Notes under the pieces: model-generated
Database searches by the model: none
What the model was told of the DNA's origin: nothing
What the model saw: the letters and a program-made list of their open reading frames with translations, nothing else
Program-made: the position numbers and the translations under genes
NCBI GenBank assembly: GCA_965205975.1
Contig: OZ242195.1
Location: 3,520,001-3,584,000, forward strand
DNA: 64,000 nucleotides
Source of the DNA: Candidatus Latescibacterota bacterium
Lineage (GTDB): Bacteria > Latescibacterota > UBA2968
Reading direction: 5' to 3'
Shown here: one piece after another, positions 17,649 through 27,724 of the stretch
How positions within the stretch are numbered: position 1 is the first letter of the stretch
How the letters are laid out: each line of letters begins with the position of its first letter

Positions 17649-20110
17649 AAAAAAGCGTTCTATTCCTCCTGATTGGCCTCTTGTCGTCAGCGACTGCATG
17701 GGCAGAAGGGGATGCGACATACAAAAACACCGTGCGGACATTTTTGGCGCAGCGATGTCAACATTGCCACGGCGCAGAGCTTCAAAAAGCAGACCTGCGG
17801 TTTGACACCCTCACGTTGGATTTTCACAATGAAGATGTCTTGCTAACCTGGCAAAATATCGCCGACATGTTAAACCTCGGCTTAATGCCGCCCTATGAAG
17901 AACCGCAGCCAGAACTGGCTGAAATGAAGCCCGTAATCGATTGGATCACCAGCGCGCTAAAAGCGCATTACGAAGCAGAAGAAAGCACGGGTGGACAAAC
18001 GGTATTGCGCCGCTTGAATCGGAAGGAATACCGCAACACCATTCGGGACCTGTTGCATCTGGACATGACCATGTTTGACCCCACAGATGCATTTCCCCAG
18101 GACGACGAAGAACACGGATTCGACAACATCGGCAAAACCCTCGTCATGTCGGATTTTCTGGTCGAAAAATATCTCGACGCAGCCGATCAAATCGTAGAGC
18201 GCGCCCTATTGCCCGGCCCGCCGCCAGAAGTAAAAACACACGAATTTACCTTTCCCATCATGCGCGGAGGCGGTGGATTTTTATCACCGGCGAGCCGCCG
18301 CTTGAAACAGGGATACGACGAGCTATTCCGCCGCCCCGATGACCGCTGGGGATACATGTCCATCGACAGATTCCGAAAAGGCGTACCGCATTCGGGAATG
18401 TACCGCGTTCGCGTTCGCGCATCTGCACACAACCAGCAACACCCTTATGACAGAATGCTGCGAACAGATGAAAATGAACCCATGCGCATGGGCATTGTCG
18501 CCGCATCCGGGCGTTATGGCGACCTGCGGCAGAGCAACACATCGGATATCACACTGGCCGAATTTGAAATGATCGCAGATGGACAACCGCGCGATTACGA
18601 ACGCAAACTCTGGCTGGATGAGTCCTATATGCCGCGCGTCACCTATCCAAACGGACCCGTCACTCTTTATTGGGGGGGCCTTCTGAGGCGTTATCACCCC
18701 CAGCTATACGAAAAAACAGACCGGCGCAAACTATCTCAACGAGAAGATCAAGAACTCGTACGCCGGCAAACCGAAGTCACAGTCATGAATTATCTCGGAC
18801 CGACCATTCGCATATACAAAGTCGAAATCGAAGGTCCCCTTTACGAACAGTGGCCCCCGCCTTCGCACACGAGCATCTTTGGCAAGCGCGATCCCAACAA
18901 AGTCAAACCGCGCGATATCCTGACGCGCTTTGCAACGCGCGCGTATCGCCGCCCGGTCAAACACAGTGAAATCGCGCACATCCTGCAACTGGTCGAGCAG
19001 CACGAAAAAGCTGGCGCCTCGCGCGTCCAGGCCATCAAAATGGGCTTAAAAGCCATCTTGTGTTCGCCCAATTTCCTCTATCTCTACGAAAACGAAGGCC
19101 AATTAGACGACTATGCCCTCGCGTCCAAGCTATCGTATTTTCTCTGGTCATCCCTGCCCGATGAGGAATTGATTGCGCAGGCAAAAAAGAAGCGATTGCA
19201 CAAACCCGATGTCTTGCGCGCACAAATTAATCGCATGTTAAAAGACGAGAAGGCACGGGCATTTGCAGAGAACTTCACAGAACGCTGGTTAGCCCTGTAC
19301 AAAATTGGCGAAATGCCGCCCGACCCGCGCAATTTCCGATTGTACTATCAGGCGCATCTCGAAGACGCGATCAAAAAAGAAACCCACGCCTTCTTCCAGC
19401 ACATCCTCGACGAAAACATGAGCATCGCGCATTTCATTGACTCGGACTTCACCTTCGTCAACCGGGACCTGAGCTTGTTATACAAAATAGAAGGCGTAGA
19501 AGGCCGGGAATTTCGCAAAGTAAAACTCAACGACCCCCAACGCGGCGGCCTGCTGGGACACGCCAGCGTATTGACGGCAACATCCAACGGCATCGAAACA
19601 TCGCCCGTGGTGCGCGGGGTATGGGTATTAGAAAACATATTGGGCATAACACCCCCGCCACCCCTGCCCGATATCGAGCCACTCGAACCCGACATTCGGG
19701 GATCGACGACCATTCGTCAGCAACTGGCAAAACACCGCAATATCGCCACCTGTAACGAATGCCATCGCCACATTGATCCATTGGGCTTTGCACTGGAAAA
19801 TTACAATCCCATAGGCGCGTGGCGATATGGTTACGGTCCCAAGAAACCAAAAATAGATGCATCAGATGTCCTATCAGATGGCAGCAAATTCGACGACCTT
19901 GTGGGCTTTAAGAAGATCCTCATGGGAAAGAAAGATCAATTTGCCCGCTGTCTGACAGAAAAGATGCTTACCTACGCGACCGGACGCACATTGGAAGCCA
20001 CCGACCGCCCCGAAGTGGATCGCATCGTACACAATTTGAAAACACAGGGCTATGGCTTGAAAGACCTGGTCATGCTCGTAGCGACGAGTGAGCCATTCAC
20101 GACCAAATAA
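17645..20110 (+). CDS. DUF1587/1588/1592/1595/1585 multidomain cytochrome c protein
   Basis: Heme motifs CQHCH and CNECH; LRRLNRKEYRNTIRDLL; LSYFLWSSLPD; TSPVVRGVWV; ATGA overlap with upstream gene. Confidence 0.85.
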   Translation: MKKSVLFLLIGLLSSATAWAEGDATYKNTVRTFLAQRCQHCHGAELQKADLRFDTLTLDFHNEDVLLTWQNIADMLNLGLMPPYEEPQPELAEMKPVIDWITSALKAHYEAEESTGGQTVLRRLNRKEYRNTIRDLLHLDMTMFDPTDAFPQDDEEHGFDNIGKTLVMSDFLVEKYLDAADQIVERALLPGPPPEVKTHEFTFPIMRGGGGFLSPASRRLKQGYDELFRRPDDRWGYMSIDRFRKGVPHSGMYRVRVRASAHNQQHPYDRMLRTDENEPMRMGIVAASGRYGDLRQSNTSDITLAEFEMIADGQPRDYERKLWLDESYMPRVTYPNGPVTLYWGGLLRRYHPQLYEKTDRRKLSQREDQELVRRQTEVTVMNYLGPTIRIYKVEIEGPLYEQWPPPSHTSIFGKRDPNKVKPRDILTRFATRAYRRPVKHSEIAHILQLVEQHEKAGASRVQAIKMGLKAILCSPNFLYLYENEGQLDDYALASKLSYFLWSSLPDEELIAQAKKKRLHKPDVLRAQINRMLKDEKARAFAENFTERWLALYKIGEMPPDPRNFRLYYQAHLEDAIKKETHAFFQHILDENMSIAHFIDSDFTFVNRDLSLLYKIEGVEGREFRKVKLNDPQRGGLLGHASVLTATSNGIETSPVVRGVWVLENILGITPPPPLPDIEPLEPDIRGSTTIRQQLAKHRNIATCNECHRHIDPLGFALENYNPIGAWRYGYGPKKPKIDASDVLSDGSKFDDLVGFKKILMGKKDQFARCLTEKMLTYATGRTLEATDRPEVDRIVHNLKTQGYGLKDLVMLVATSEPFTTK

Positions 20111-20135
20111 GTCACCAACTTCGCAAGAGAAAAAC

Positions 20136-20169
20136 AAAACGCTCTGGTATTATTACCAGGGCGTTTTTT
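20136..20169 (+). terminator. Intrinsic terminator
   Basis: AAAACGCTCTGGTA/TACCAGGGCGTTTTTT. Confidence 0.8.
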
Positions 20170-20396
20170 CTTTATAAAAATAAATAGAAACACTATCGTT
20201 TTCGATTGACCTACCTTAATTTAAATATTAATTTGGCTTAAACATTAATTCAATTTAAAAATAAAATAAATCATTTTAATCGCCATCACATTTCATCCGA
20301 GATCCGAAAGGAGGAATGCCTATAATATTAAGAGTAGAAGTGTTTTCCCTGCAGCATGTAAATCATCACACAAACCGCAACAAAGGAGGTCGTTCT

Positions 20397-21095
20397 ATGA
20401 AGTTCATTGTAGCAGCGTTACTAAGTCTGGCCCTTGTTGGGCCGGGAGTGGCAGAAGTGAACGGCACCTGGTCTGTTGGGGTGACCGGGCAATACGACGT
20501 GCCGCTGTTCAAGTTGAACCAGTGGTTCCCCTCGGGTGGGATTGACATCGGGGGAACGGTCTCTCGCATCAACAACCCAACCTGGACATTTGAACTGGAC
20601 GCGCGGTATGCCAAATACGGCTCGGGCGAACTGGAAAACCGCAGATTCCTGTGGTCGGTTGACCTGCAGGAATACGAAAGCTCCAACGCCAGTTCAGAAA
20701 TGACCTGGTTTACGGTAACCGCCAACTATATTTACCACTTCGACGGCGGAGGTGCAAAATTAGACACCGGGGGCGGCGCACCCTACTTCGTCATCGGATC
20801 GGGCTTTTACCACTACAACAACGAAATCAGCGGATTGATTTATCCCGGTCAGAGCGGAACGCTGGACACCAATTTGATACAGCGTCCCGAATCAGATGTT
20901 CGCACGGCTCTGGGTGTAAACGCAGGTGTGGGCGTCGAATATTTCGCCTCTCAGAATTTTGCCATTGACCTTCGGGCACAATACCACATCATCTGGGGTC
21001 ATGTGCGCCCCCTGGAAGCCTGGGGCTTACAAGAGGCATTTCCATTTCACAAACTCAACATAGGTGTTCGGCTCAAGTTGTATTTCCCCAAATAA
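20397..21095 (+). CDS. Small outer-membrane beta-barrel (OmpA/OmpW-like); start revised to 20397
   Basis: AAGGAGG RBS, signal MKFIVAALLSLALVGPGVA; PYFVIGSG, GVNAGVGVEYF, GVRLKLYF. Confidence 0.75.
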   Translation: MKFIVAALLSLALVGPGVAEVNGTWSVGVTGQYDVPLFKLNQWFPSGGIDIGGTVSRINNPTWTFELDARYAKYGSGELENRRFLWSVDLQEYESSNASSEMTWFTVTANYIYHFDGGGAKLDTGGGAPYFVIGSGFYHYNNEISGLIYPGQSGTLDTNLIQRPESDVRTALGVNAGVGVEYFASQNFAIDLRAQYHIIWGHVRPLEAWGLQEAFPFHKLNIGVRLKLYFPK

Positions 21096-21110
21096 TAACG
21101 GAGGTTCAAC

Positions 21111-24100
21111 ATGCGTTTTAACATTCGTTTGGGCTATCTCCTGATCCTGGTCGGCGCGCTATGCGTCTTCCATCCGGGCGATGGGATAGCCACAACAGGA
21201 AAAGTCACCGGTGTGGTAAAAGATGCCCAGGGTGAGGCACTACCGGGTGTCAACGTCGTCGTGAAGGGCACGCGGCGCGGTGCCGTAACCGATACAGACG
21301 GCTATTTTTTAATATTAGCTGCCGATCCGGGCGTGCATGAAGTAGAAGCATCCCTGGTAGGCTACCGCACCGAAACCATCCAAAACGTCCTGGTACAGGT
21401 CGAATTGACCACCACAGTGGATATCGTACTCCAGGAAGCAGCCTTAGAACTCGGCGAACTGGTCGTCATTGCCGAGCGGCCTGCCGTGGAACCCGATAAA
21501 ACCGTGAGTCGCTATATCGTAGGCGTCGAACAAGTCGAACAGGTTCCCCTCGCGCGAAACGCGGCAGAAATCATCGAATTGCAACCCGGCGTATCCCTGG
21601 ACGGCGCCATGCGCATCCGCGCAAGCCATACCGCCTCGGTAACCAATGGCACTAACGAAGTCTTTGTGGAAATCGACGGCATTCGCCTGTCCAACGACGA
21701 TGGCGTAGCCGAAAACAACACAGCCTCACAGGTCAACAGCCTGGCGCGCGGGGCATTGCAAGAAGTCGCCGTCGTCACCGGCGGCATGAACGCCGAATAC
21801 GGCAATGCACAGGGCGGCGTGATCAGCCTGGTGAGCCGCGAAGCCAAAGAGCGATATGGCGGCCTGGGCGAATACCGCCTGACCCTGCCGGGGCTAAAGC
21901 ACTGGGGCGCGAACGTCTATAACAGCCCGCTGTTAGAGGGCAAAACCCCGGACACCGGCAATCCCAATATAGATTCATCGCCTTCGGATTACGACAAAGC
22001 ATTAGGACATTTTTTGGAAGGCAACGTCTCCGGCCCAATCAATCCACAACTCGGCTTCTTCCTCAGTACCTATACAGATCGGCAGGCATCCGTTTTTCCA
22101 GGACCTTCCAATCACGCACCCTTCAACCTGAACACATCGGCCAATGCGACCTATCGGCCGGGCGACAAGTACAAATTCAAGCTCGGCACCACATGGGTGT
22201 ACAAAGACGGATTCAACAACGGCTCGACCAGTGTGGTACGCGGTCCGGGCGGCGCAACCACGGGCGTGCCGCCAGGCGGAGTGCGGGGCATCTCGGAAAG
22301 CGGCCTCAACCTCTACCTGCCCGCAGGATATAGCTCCTCGGGCAAGTCGCCGCGCACCGATCAGGTATTTTACGGCGTCTTGACACACACCATATCGCCC
22401 AAAACATTTTACGAAGTCCGCGTATCTTTCCAGAGCACATCTCTCGATACCAGTGACGTACCGTCAGAGACAACTGATATCATTCGCGGTGCAAACGGAT
22501 TTTACGGCACGCGAGATATCCACGCCTTTAGCTGGGCGCGGCGCACGCGCATCCTGTTAAAAGGCGACTTGTCCAGCCAGGTGACGCGGGGACACTTTGT
22601 AAAAGCCGGATTCGAAATCATCCGCAACAGCATCGAACAGCAAGATGTGATTTTCAACACAACCCGCGAACGCAACATCCGCTTGCTGGGCAAGGGCGAT
22701 CCCATCGTGGGCATGGAACCTTTTAATCCCGCGACCTACGCGGCTTATATCCAGGACAAAATGGAATTTGAGGGCCTGATCGTCAATCTGGGTGTGCGCT
22801 ACGAAGTCCTCGCGCCCGGCGAATCCTTTGGCCGCGCCATGGACCACGTCACCTGGAACCACTACAACTCGCTGACGCGCTGGCGAAACGTACCCATCGT
22901 GGATTCGCCCACGCAGACAGCCATCAGCCCGCGCCTGGGCATTTCACACCCCATCACAGAGCGCTCCACCATTCGATTTTTCACTGGACGCTTCCACCAG
23001 TTTATCGGCCTGCAAAGCCTTTACAACCGCACCTGGCGGGCCACCGGACCGGACAAAGATCTGAATGGCAACGGACAAATCGACGAGATGGAAATTTTCA
23101 ACGCCCTGGTCTATCCGCTGGCGGGTGAATTTGGCAATGTCCACATGAAACCCGAACGCACGACCAACTTTGAGGTCGGCTTCGACTACAACTTCTACGG
23201 CGATTACGTATTGGGTCTGACGGCTTTTTACAAAGACCAGGAAGGCACGCTATCCAGCGGTGGGTCTGACTTCTTCATCGACGAGCCGGTATTTGGCTTC
23301 AACTCCTCATACACCCACGCATTCTTCAATCGCCGCTTTGCTACATCTCGCGGATTTGAGCTGTCCTTTCAGAAAAAATTCAGCCAGATGACAGCCCTGT
23401 ACGTGGCTTACAACGTCAACTGGGCCAAAGCGCACCGCGGCGGCAAATCATCCTGGGAATGGTTCATCGCTCCCACGGCTCAATATGTGAACAGCGACAA
23501 GTTCTTTGCAGGCGTCACCGTGCAAGCCGACGGACAGGAAGTGCCCCGCGCACCAACGGCCGAAGAGCGGAGGGCATTCGCAGAGAAGGCCAATGAAATT
23601 GCTCTGAAATACAAAGCCAAAGCAGATGTGATGGAACCAAAGAGCAATGCCTTCTGGGAACAGCCAGTCCTCGTTGAAGACGGACTGTACTCCTTCAACA
23701 TCGCCAACTACAGCATTCCCACCTTAGATGGCGGTCTGGACAGGCGCAACTTTGCCAGCGTGCAATTCCTCTTCTCTGCACCGCCGGATTTCCACGTTAC
23801 TGCTCTGGCTGGATTCCGCGCGACCATGGTCTGGCAGATGCAGACTGGCGGCGCATTCTGGTACACGCCGCCCACGGGACCCCGGGAGCGGCGCAACGGC
23901 CCGCCCACCACAGTGACCGATGTCAGCTTTGAAAAAGACTTTGGACTGGGGCAAACGGGTACAGCCACAACCTTCCTGGAAGTCCGCAACCTCTTTGGGC
24001 AGCGCGACGATACGAGCACTGGTTTCCGCTGGATCCAGTACGGCCTCCAGAAACCGCCGCCCGGAGACAGCAAATTCGATACTTTCGGCGATATTTCCGA

Positions 24101-24170
24101 ACTGACCCGCTACAACGGCGGGCTGGGCAGACCCCGAACCATCGTGGCCGGGGCGCGGTTTAAGTTCTAA
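21111..24170 (+). CDS. TonB-dependent receptor (copy 2)
   Basis: TTGKVTGVVKD..G.ALPGVNV; GGMNAEYGNAQGGVISLV; QDKMEF; ends GARFKF. Confidence 0.9.
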   Translation: MRFNIRLGYLLILVGALCVFHPGDGIATTGKVTGVVKDAQGEALPGVNVVVKGTRRGAVTDTDGYFLILAADPGVHEVEASLVGYRTETIQNVLVQVELTTTVDIVLQEAALELGELVVIAERPAVEPDKTVSRYIVGVEQVEQVPLARNAAEIIELQPGVSLDGAMRIRASHTASVTNGTNEVFVEIDGIRLSNDDGVAENNTASQVNSLARGALQEVAVVTGGMNAEYGNAQGGVISLVSREAKERYGGLGEYRLTLPGLKHWGANVYNSPLLEGKTPDTGNPNIDSSPSDYDKALGHFLEGNVSGPINPQLGFFLSTYTDRQASVFPGPSNHAPFNLNTSANATYRPGDKYKFKLGTTWVYKDGFNNGSTSVVRGPGGATTGVPPGGVRGISESGLNLYLPAGYSSSGKSPRTDQVFYGVLTHTISPKTFYEVRVSFQSTSLDTSDVPSETTDIIRGANGFYGTRDIHAFSWARRTRILLKGDLSSQVTRGHFVKAGFEIIRNSIEQQDVIFNTTRERNIRLLGKGDPIVGMEPFNPATYAAYIQDKMEFEGLIVNLGVRYEVLAPGESFGRAMDHVTWNHYNSLTRWRNVPIVDSPTQTAISPRLGISHPITERSTIRFFTGRFHQFIGLQSLYNRTWRATGPDKDLNGNGQIDEMEIFNALVYPLAGEFGNVHMKPERTTNFEVGFDYNFYGDYVLGLTAFYKDQEGTLSSGGSDFFIDEPVFGFNSSYTHAFFNRRFATSRGFELSFQKKFSQMTALYVAYNVNWAKAHRGGKSSWEWFIAPTAQYVNSDKFFAGVTVQADGQEVPRAPTAEERRAFAEKANEIALKYKAKADVMEPKSNAFWEQPVLVEDGLYSFNIANYSIPTLDGGLDRRNFASVQFLFSAPPDFHVTALAGFRATMVWQMQTGGAFWYTPPTGPRERRNGPPTTVTDVSFEKDFGLGQTGTATTFLEVRNLFGQRDDTSTGFRWIQYGLQKPPPGDSKFDTFGDISELTRYNGGLGRPRTIVAGARFKF

Positions 24171-24191
24171 TCTGACAGGAGGAGCATATTC

Positions 24192-26531
24192 ATGTCTCTG
24201 AAAAACTTGAAAAAACAATGGCTATCGGGTCTGATGGTGCTGTGCCTCATGTCAATCGGCACAATAGATTTGCAAGCGCAGGTGGTCTATAGCGCGTCGC
24301 GGCACATGACCCGGTCGCAGGTGTGGCTCTCGTTTACCAACTCCGGTACGTCGAGCATGCACTATCAGGTGACGCCATCTCGGGTGATGATGCGCATGTC
24401 CTACCCGGGCGAATTGTATTCCCTATACGCCCTGCTGGGCACCGAAGAATTTGTGGAATACTGGGGCGACAAAGCATGGGGATCAGCCGCACAAAAGGCA
24501 TTTACAAACATGCACTCGGCTGGCGAGGGCGTGCTGGTATTGACCAATGTGGGCGGTGAAAAATACGTATCGGTCACAGGCCCGCGCACGCCCACCGAAG
24601 ACGTAATACCCATGAATTACGACATCGCCAACTCAAAAGAAGCCTCGTGGGGAATGCAGTCCATTGTGCCCAATCGCGGTGTGGGTCCAGGCACGGTAAA
24701 ATCCAACTGGTGGCAAGGTGCTTCGCCCCAATCCGCTGACCCGGCCAATTTGCGACCCTACGAAATTCACAACTTCGATTACGGCGTTTATCCGCCCGTA
24801 CAAAATGCAGGCGAAGAAATCCATATCACGCAGTGGCAGACAAAGCACAACATCGTCGTCACGCGCAAAGCACATGCGTGGAGTCATCAGGATTTCGACG
24901 ACTTTTTCATTATAGAACTCGAGTTCGAAAATCAAGGCGGACAGCAACTCGACGACACCTACCTTGGCGTCATGAACTCCATGTACGTCAACAGCTCTGG
25001 AACATCTTTCCGCTGGGGTCATGAAGGCGGCCTGGTCACCTATCGCCGCAGTCAGGCACTGGACGACCACTATCGCTACAGCGAGGCACCCAACTTCGAA
25101 AACAATTCCTTAAGTGGGCTATCACCCGCGGATTTCCAGGGCAAATACATCATGTACCAGTGGGATGGCAATTCCCCATCCAGCTTCGAAGAAGACACGG
25201 GCGACCCCTACTTCTCCGACCTGGAAGTCACGGCTTTTCCCGGCAGCAAGAGCAGGCCCGAAGGCATGCCCATTGCGCCGGCCTATCAGTTTATGGCACC
25301 TCTGGCTTTTCGCAATGCCGGGAGTCACACATTCAACGCCGCAGACGCAGCAGAAGGCTTTGTCGATCCACAGGGCGAACCCCTGTCGCACTGGTACGAA
25401 GTATTTGGCCGCCGCAACATCGACGACCCCACGCGGGGCGCGTTGAGCATGGCCGATCAGTACGACTTCTTCACCTCGCCCACAATGGCCAACCCGCCCT
25501 CTGAACAAATGCAGTGGGAAGACCTGATCTTTGGTCCCTACAGCCTGTCACCCGGGCAAAAAGCCAAAATCGTGCTCGCCTACGGCTTTGGGTCGGCCGC
25601 TGAATATGACATCAACAGCCAGACGGGTTATGCCAATGACATCACCAAGTGGTCGTGGAACGTGGGCGATGTTGGACCAGACGCCCGCAAATCGCTTTTA
25701 GCCAAAGGTGAAGAAGCCATGCTGCGTCATCTAAACCACGCGCAATTTGCCTATAACAACGAGTACCAGATACCCAACGCACCCCCGGATGTAGATTTTT
25801 TCCAGGGGAGCAATGCCCAGGCCAAAATTACGCTGACGTGGTCAGATGCCGCAGAAAAAGCCATCAACCCCGAATACGGACAGGCCGATGTGGTCGCCTA
25901 TCGGGTCTATCGCTCAATCTGGCAGGAAACCGGACCATGGGAACTGGTGGGCGAGGTTTCAGCTGGCAGTAGCCAGGGTGGCACGTACACCTGGGTAGAT
26001 GAAAATTCGCTGGCCGGATTCCAATTCGCCTACAATGTGCGCTCTGTAGCCAGCCCCAAATCGTCGTGGTCCGAAGGCTCCAAAACCCTTGCCGATCTCC
26101 CCGAGACCGTGCGCAAGCACCTCACGGAAAATGGTCTGGAAAGCGGATGGTCCGCAGCGGAACAGCGCATGATCGTTCCGGGCAGCCCAATTTTGGCCGC
26201 CAATGACGCCGCCGACAATATGGAGAGACCGGTAGTCGTGGTGCCCAATCCGTTTAGTCTGGCGCAAGCCCAATCCAATTATCAGGGCACACTCAAACTG
26301 CGCTTTGTCGGGGTGCCGCACCAGGCAAAAATCTCCATCTTTACGGTTTCAGGGGATCTCGTTGCCGAAATCAACCACAACGATCCAACGGCCGGGGAAG
26401 CGCAGTGGCTCTTAAAAGATCGCTTCCTCACAGGTGAAGCCACCTCATCCGCGTACTTCTTTGTGGTGGAGTCCCTCGTGCCTTCCAGTCGCGGTCAAAA
26501 GACCAAGGGCGCGTTCATAATCAACCGTTAA
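24192..26531 (+). CDS. Secreted protein with FN3-like domain and T9SS-like C-terminal sorting domain (copy 2)
   Basis: Signal peptide; C-terminus VVVVPNPF...LRFVGVP...ISIFTVSGDLV...W...SSAYF...FIINR. Confidence 0.75.
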   Translation: MSLKNLKKQWLSGLMVLCLMSIGTIDLQAQVVYSASRHMTRSQVWLSFTNSGTSSMHYQVTPSRVMMRMSYPGELYSLYALLGTEEFVEYWGDKAWGSAAQKAFTNMHSAGEGVLVLTNVGGEKYVSVTGPRTPTEDVIPMNYDIANSKEASWGMQSIVPNRGVGPGTVKSNWWQGASPQSADPANLRPYEIHNFDYGVYPPVQNAGEEIHITQWQTKHNIVVTRKAHAWSHQDFDDFFIIELEFENQGGQQLDDTYLGVMNSMYVNSSGTSFRWGHEGGLVTYRRSQALDDHYRYSEAPNFENNSLSGLSPADFQGKYIMYQWDGNSPSSFEEDTGDPYFSDLEVTAFPGSKSRPEGMPIAPAYQFMAPLAFRNAGSHTFNAADAAEGFVDPQGEPLSHWYEVFGRRNIDDPTRGALSMADQYDFFTSPTMANPPSEQMQWEDLIFGPYSLSPGQKAKIVLAYGFGSAAEYDINSQTGYANDITKWSWNVGDVGPDARKSLLAKGEEAMLRHLNHAQFAYNNEYQIPNAPPDVDFFQGSNAQAKITLTWSDAAEKAINPEYGQADVVAYRVYRSIWQETGPWELVGEVSAGSSQGGTYTWVDENSLAGFQFAYNVRSVASPKSSWSEGSKTLADLPETVRKHLTENGLESGWSAAEQRMIVPGSPILAANDAADNMERPVVVVPNPFSLAQAQSNYQGTLKLRFVGVPHQAKISIFTVSGDLVAEINHNDPTAGEAQWLLKDRFLTGEATSSAYFFVVESLVPSSRGQKTKGAFIINR

Positions 26532-26549
26532 AACACAAGGATTGAAGCT

Positions 26550-27527
26550 ATGAAAAATACGATGTTGCTAATCGTTTTGATGGTGCTCGCCCTATCGGTT
26601 CCGGCTTCGGCGCAGGCACTCTTCCCAGAAGCCGAGGAAATTCTGAATCCAGAGGGCCGCAGCAAGATCAAGCCATCCACATTCAATTTTTTGAAAGTGA
26701 CCAACAATGCCCGAGTCGCGGGCATGGGCGATGCTTTTACCGCGGTATCCGATGGGATAGACGGCATACTCTGGAACCCGGCTGGGCTGACCAAAGTGAA
26801 CAATTTTGGCTATACCTTTGGCTATACTCAATGGTTGGTCGAATCAAAATTTGTCACCGGGTCCCTCGCCTACAACACCGGGCAATGGGGCGTACTCGGA
26901 ATCTCCTTTGTCAACTTTTCCCTGCCCGACATACCCGAAACGACCACCATGGAACCAGACGGCACCGGTGCTATGGTGAACTCGGGCGATCTCGCCGTCG
27001 GCCTGGTTTACGCCTATCAATTGACCGACAAGCTCTCGGCAGCAGCCTCCCTGCGCTTTGTCCAATCCGCGCTGGGACCAGAGACACTCAGCGCAGTCTC
27101 CGTGAACGTCAGCACCTTGATGTACACGGGCTTTCAAAGCCTGCGCCTTGGTATGAACATGAAAAACCTGGGCGGAGAGCAGGAAATTGTGAGCGAAAAA
27201 TCGGAAATGCCCCTGGTATTCCACACCGGGATAGCCATGGAATTGTACGGCAACCTCGGCGATCCCGTATCCCTGACCGGCTCGTTTGAAGGCGCTTTCT
27301 TCACCGACCGCGAGCAACGCTGGAATCTGGGCGGTGAACTCTGGATACAGAACCTCATCGCGCTTCGAGCGGGTTATAAGATCAAATACGACGTGGAAAC
27401 CTGGAGTATTGGCGGTGGCCTCAAAGGGAAATTCGGTGGAAGACACATCGCCTTAGACGTGTCGTATAGCAATTTTGGCGATTTGTTTGACCCGCCTCTG
27501 CGCCTGAATCTCTCGGGTTCATTGTAG
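26550..27527 (+). CDS. PorV/PorQ-family beta-barrel (copy 2)
   Basis: FNFLKVTNNARVAGMGDAF...WNPAGL; LRAGY. Confidence 0.85.
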   Translation: MKNTMLLIVLMVLALSVPASAQALFPEAEEILNPEGRSKIKPSTFNFLKVTNNARVAGMGDAFTAVSDGIDGILWNPAGLTKVNNFGYTFGYTQWLVESKFVTGSLAYNTGQWGVLGISFVNFSLPDIPETTTMEPDGTGAMVNSGDLAVGLVYAYQLTDKLSAAASLRFVQSALGPETLSAVSVNVSTLMYTGFQSLRLGMNMKNLGGEQEIVSEKSEMPLVFHTGIAMELYGNLGDPVSLTGSFEGAFFTDREQRWNLGGELWIQNLIALRAGYKIKYDVETWSIGGGLKGKFGGRHIALDVSYSNFGDLFDPPLRLNLSGSL

Positions 27528-27530
27528 GAG

Positions 27531-27635
27531 GAATCGGACGAATCAACGAATCAACGAATCAACGAATCAACGACAGAGGTTGTAGCAACTTTGGGTGGTT
27601 GGGCGGGATTCGTCTATTCGTCTATTCGTCTATTC
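27531..27635. repeat. Inverted octamer tandem repeats
   Basis: (GAATCAAC)x4 then about 35 nt then (ATTCGTCT)x3. Confidence 0.8.
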
Positions 27636-27724
27636 ATTTCGCCGTATCTTTCATACCCCGCCGGAATTGGAACGCAATCCGACTTCCGTGCGGGGTGTGC
27701 CATTTGCGCTAACAGGAGAGACGT

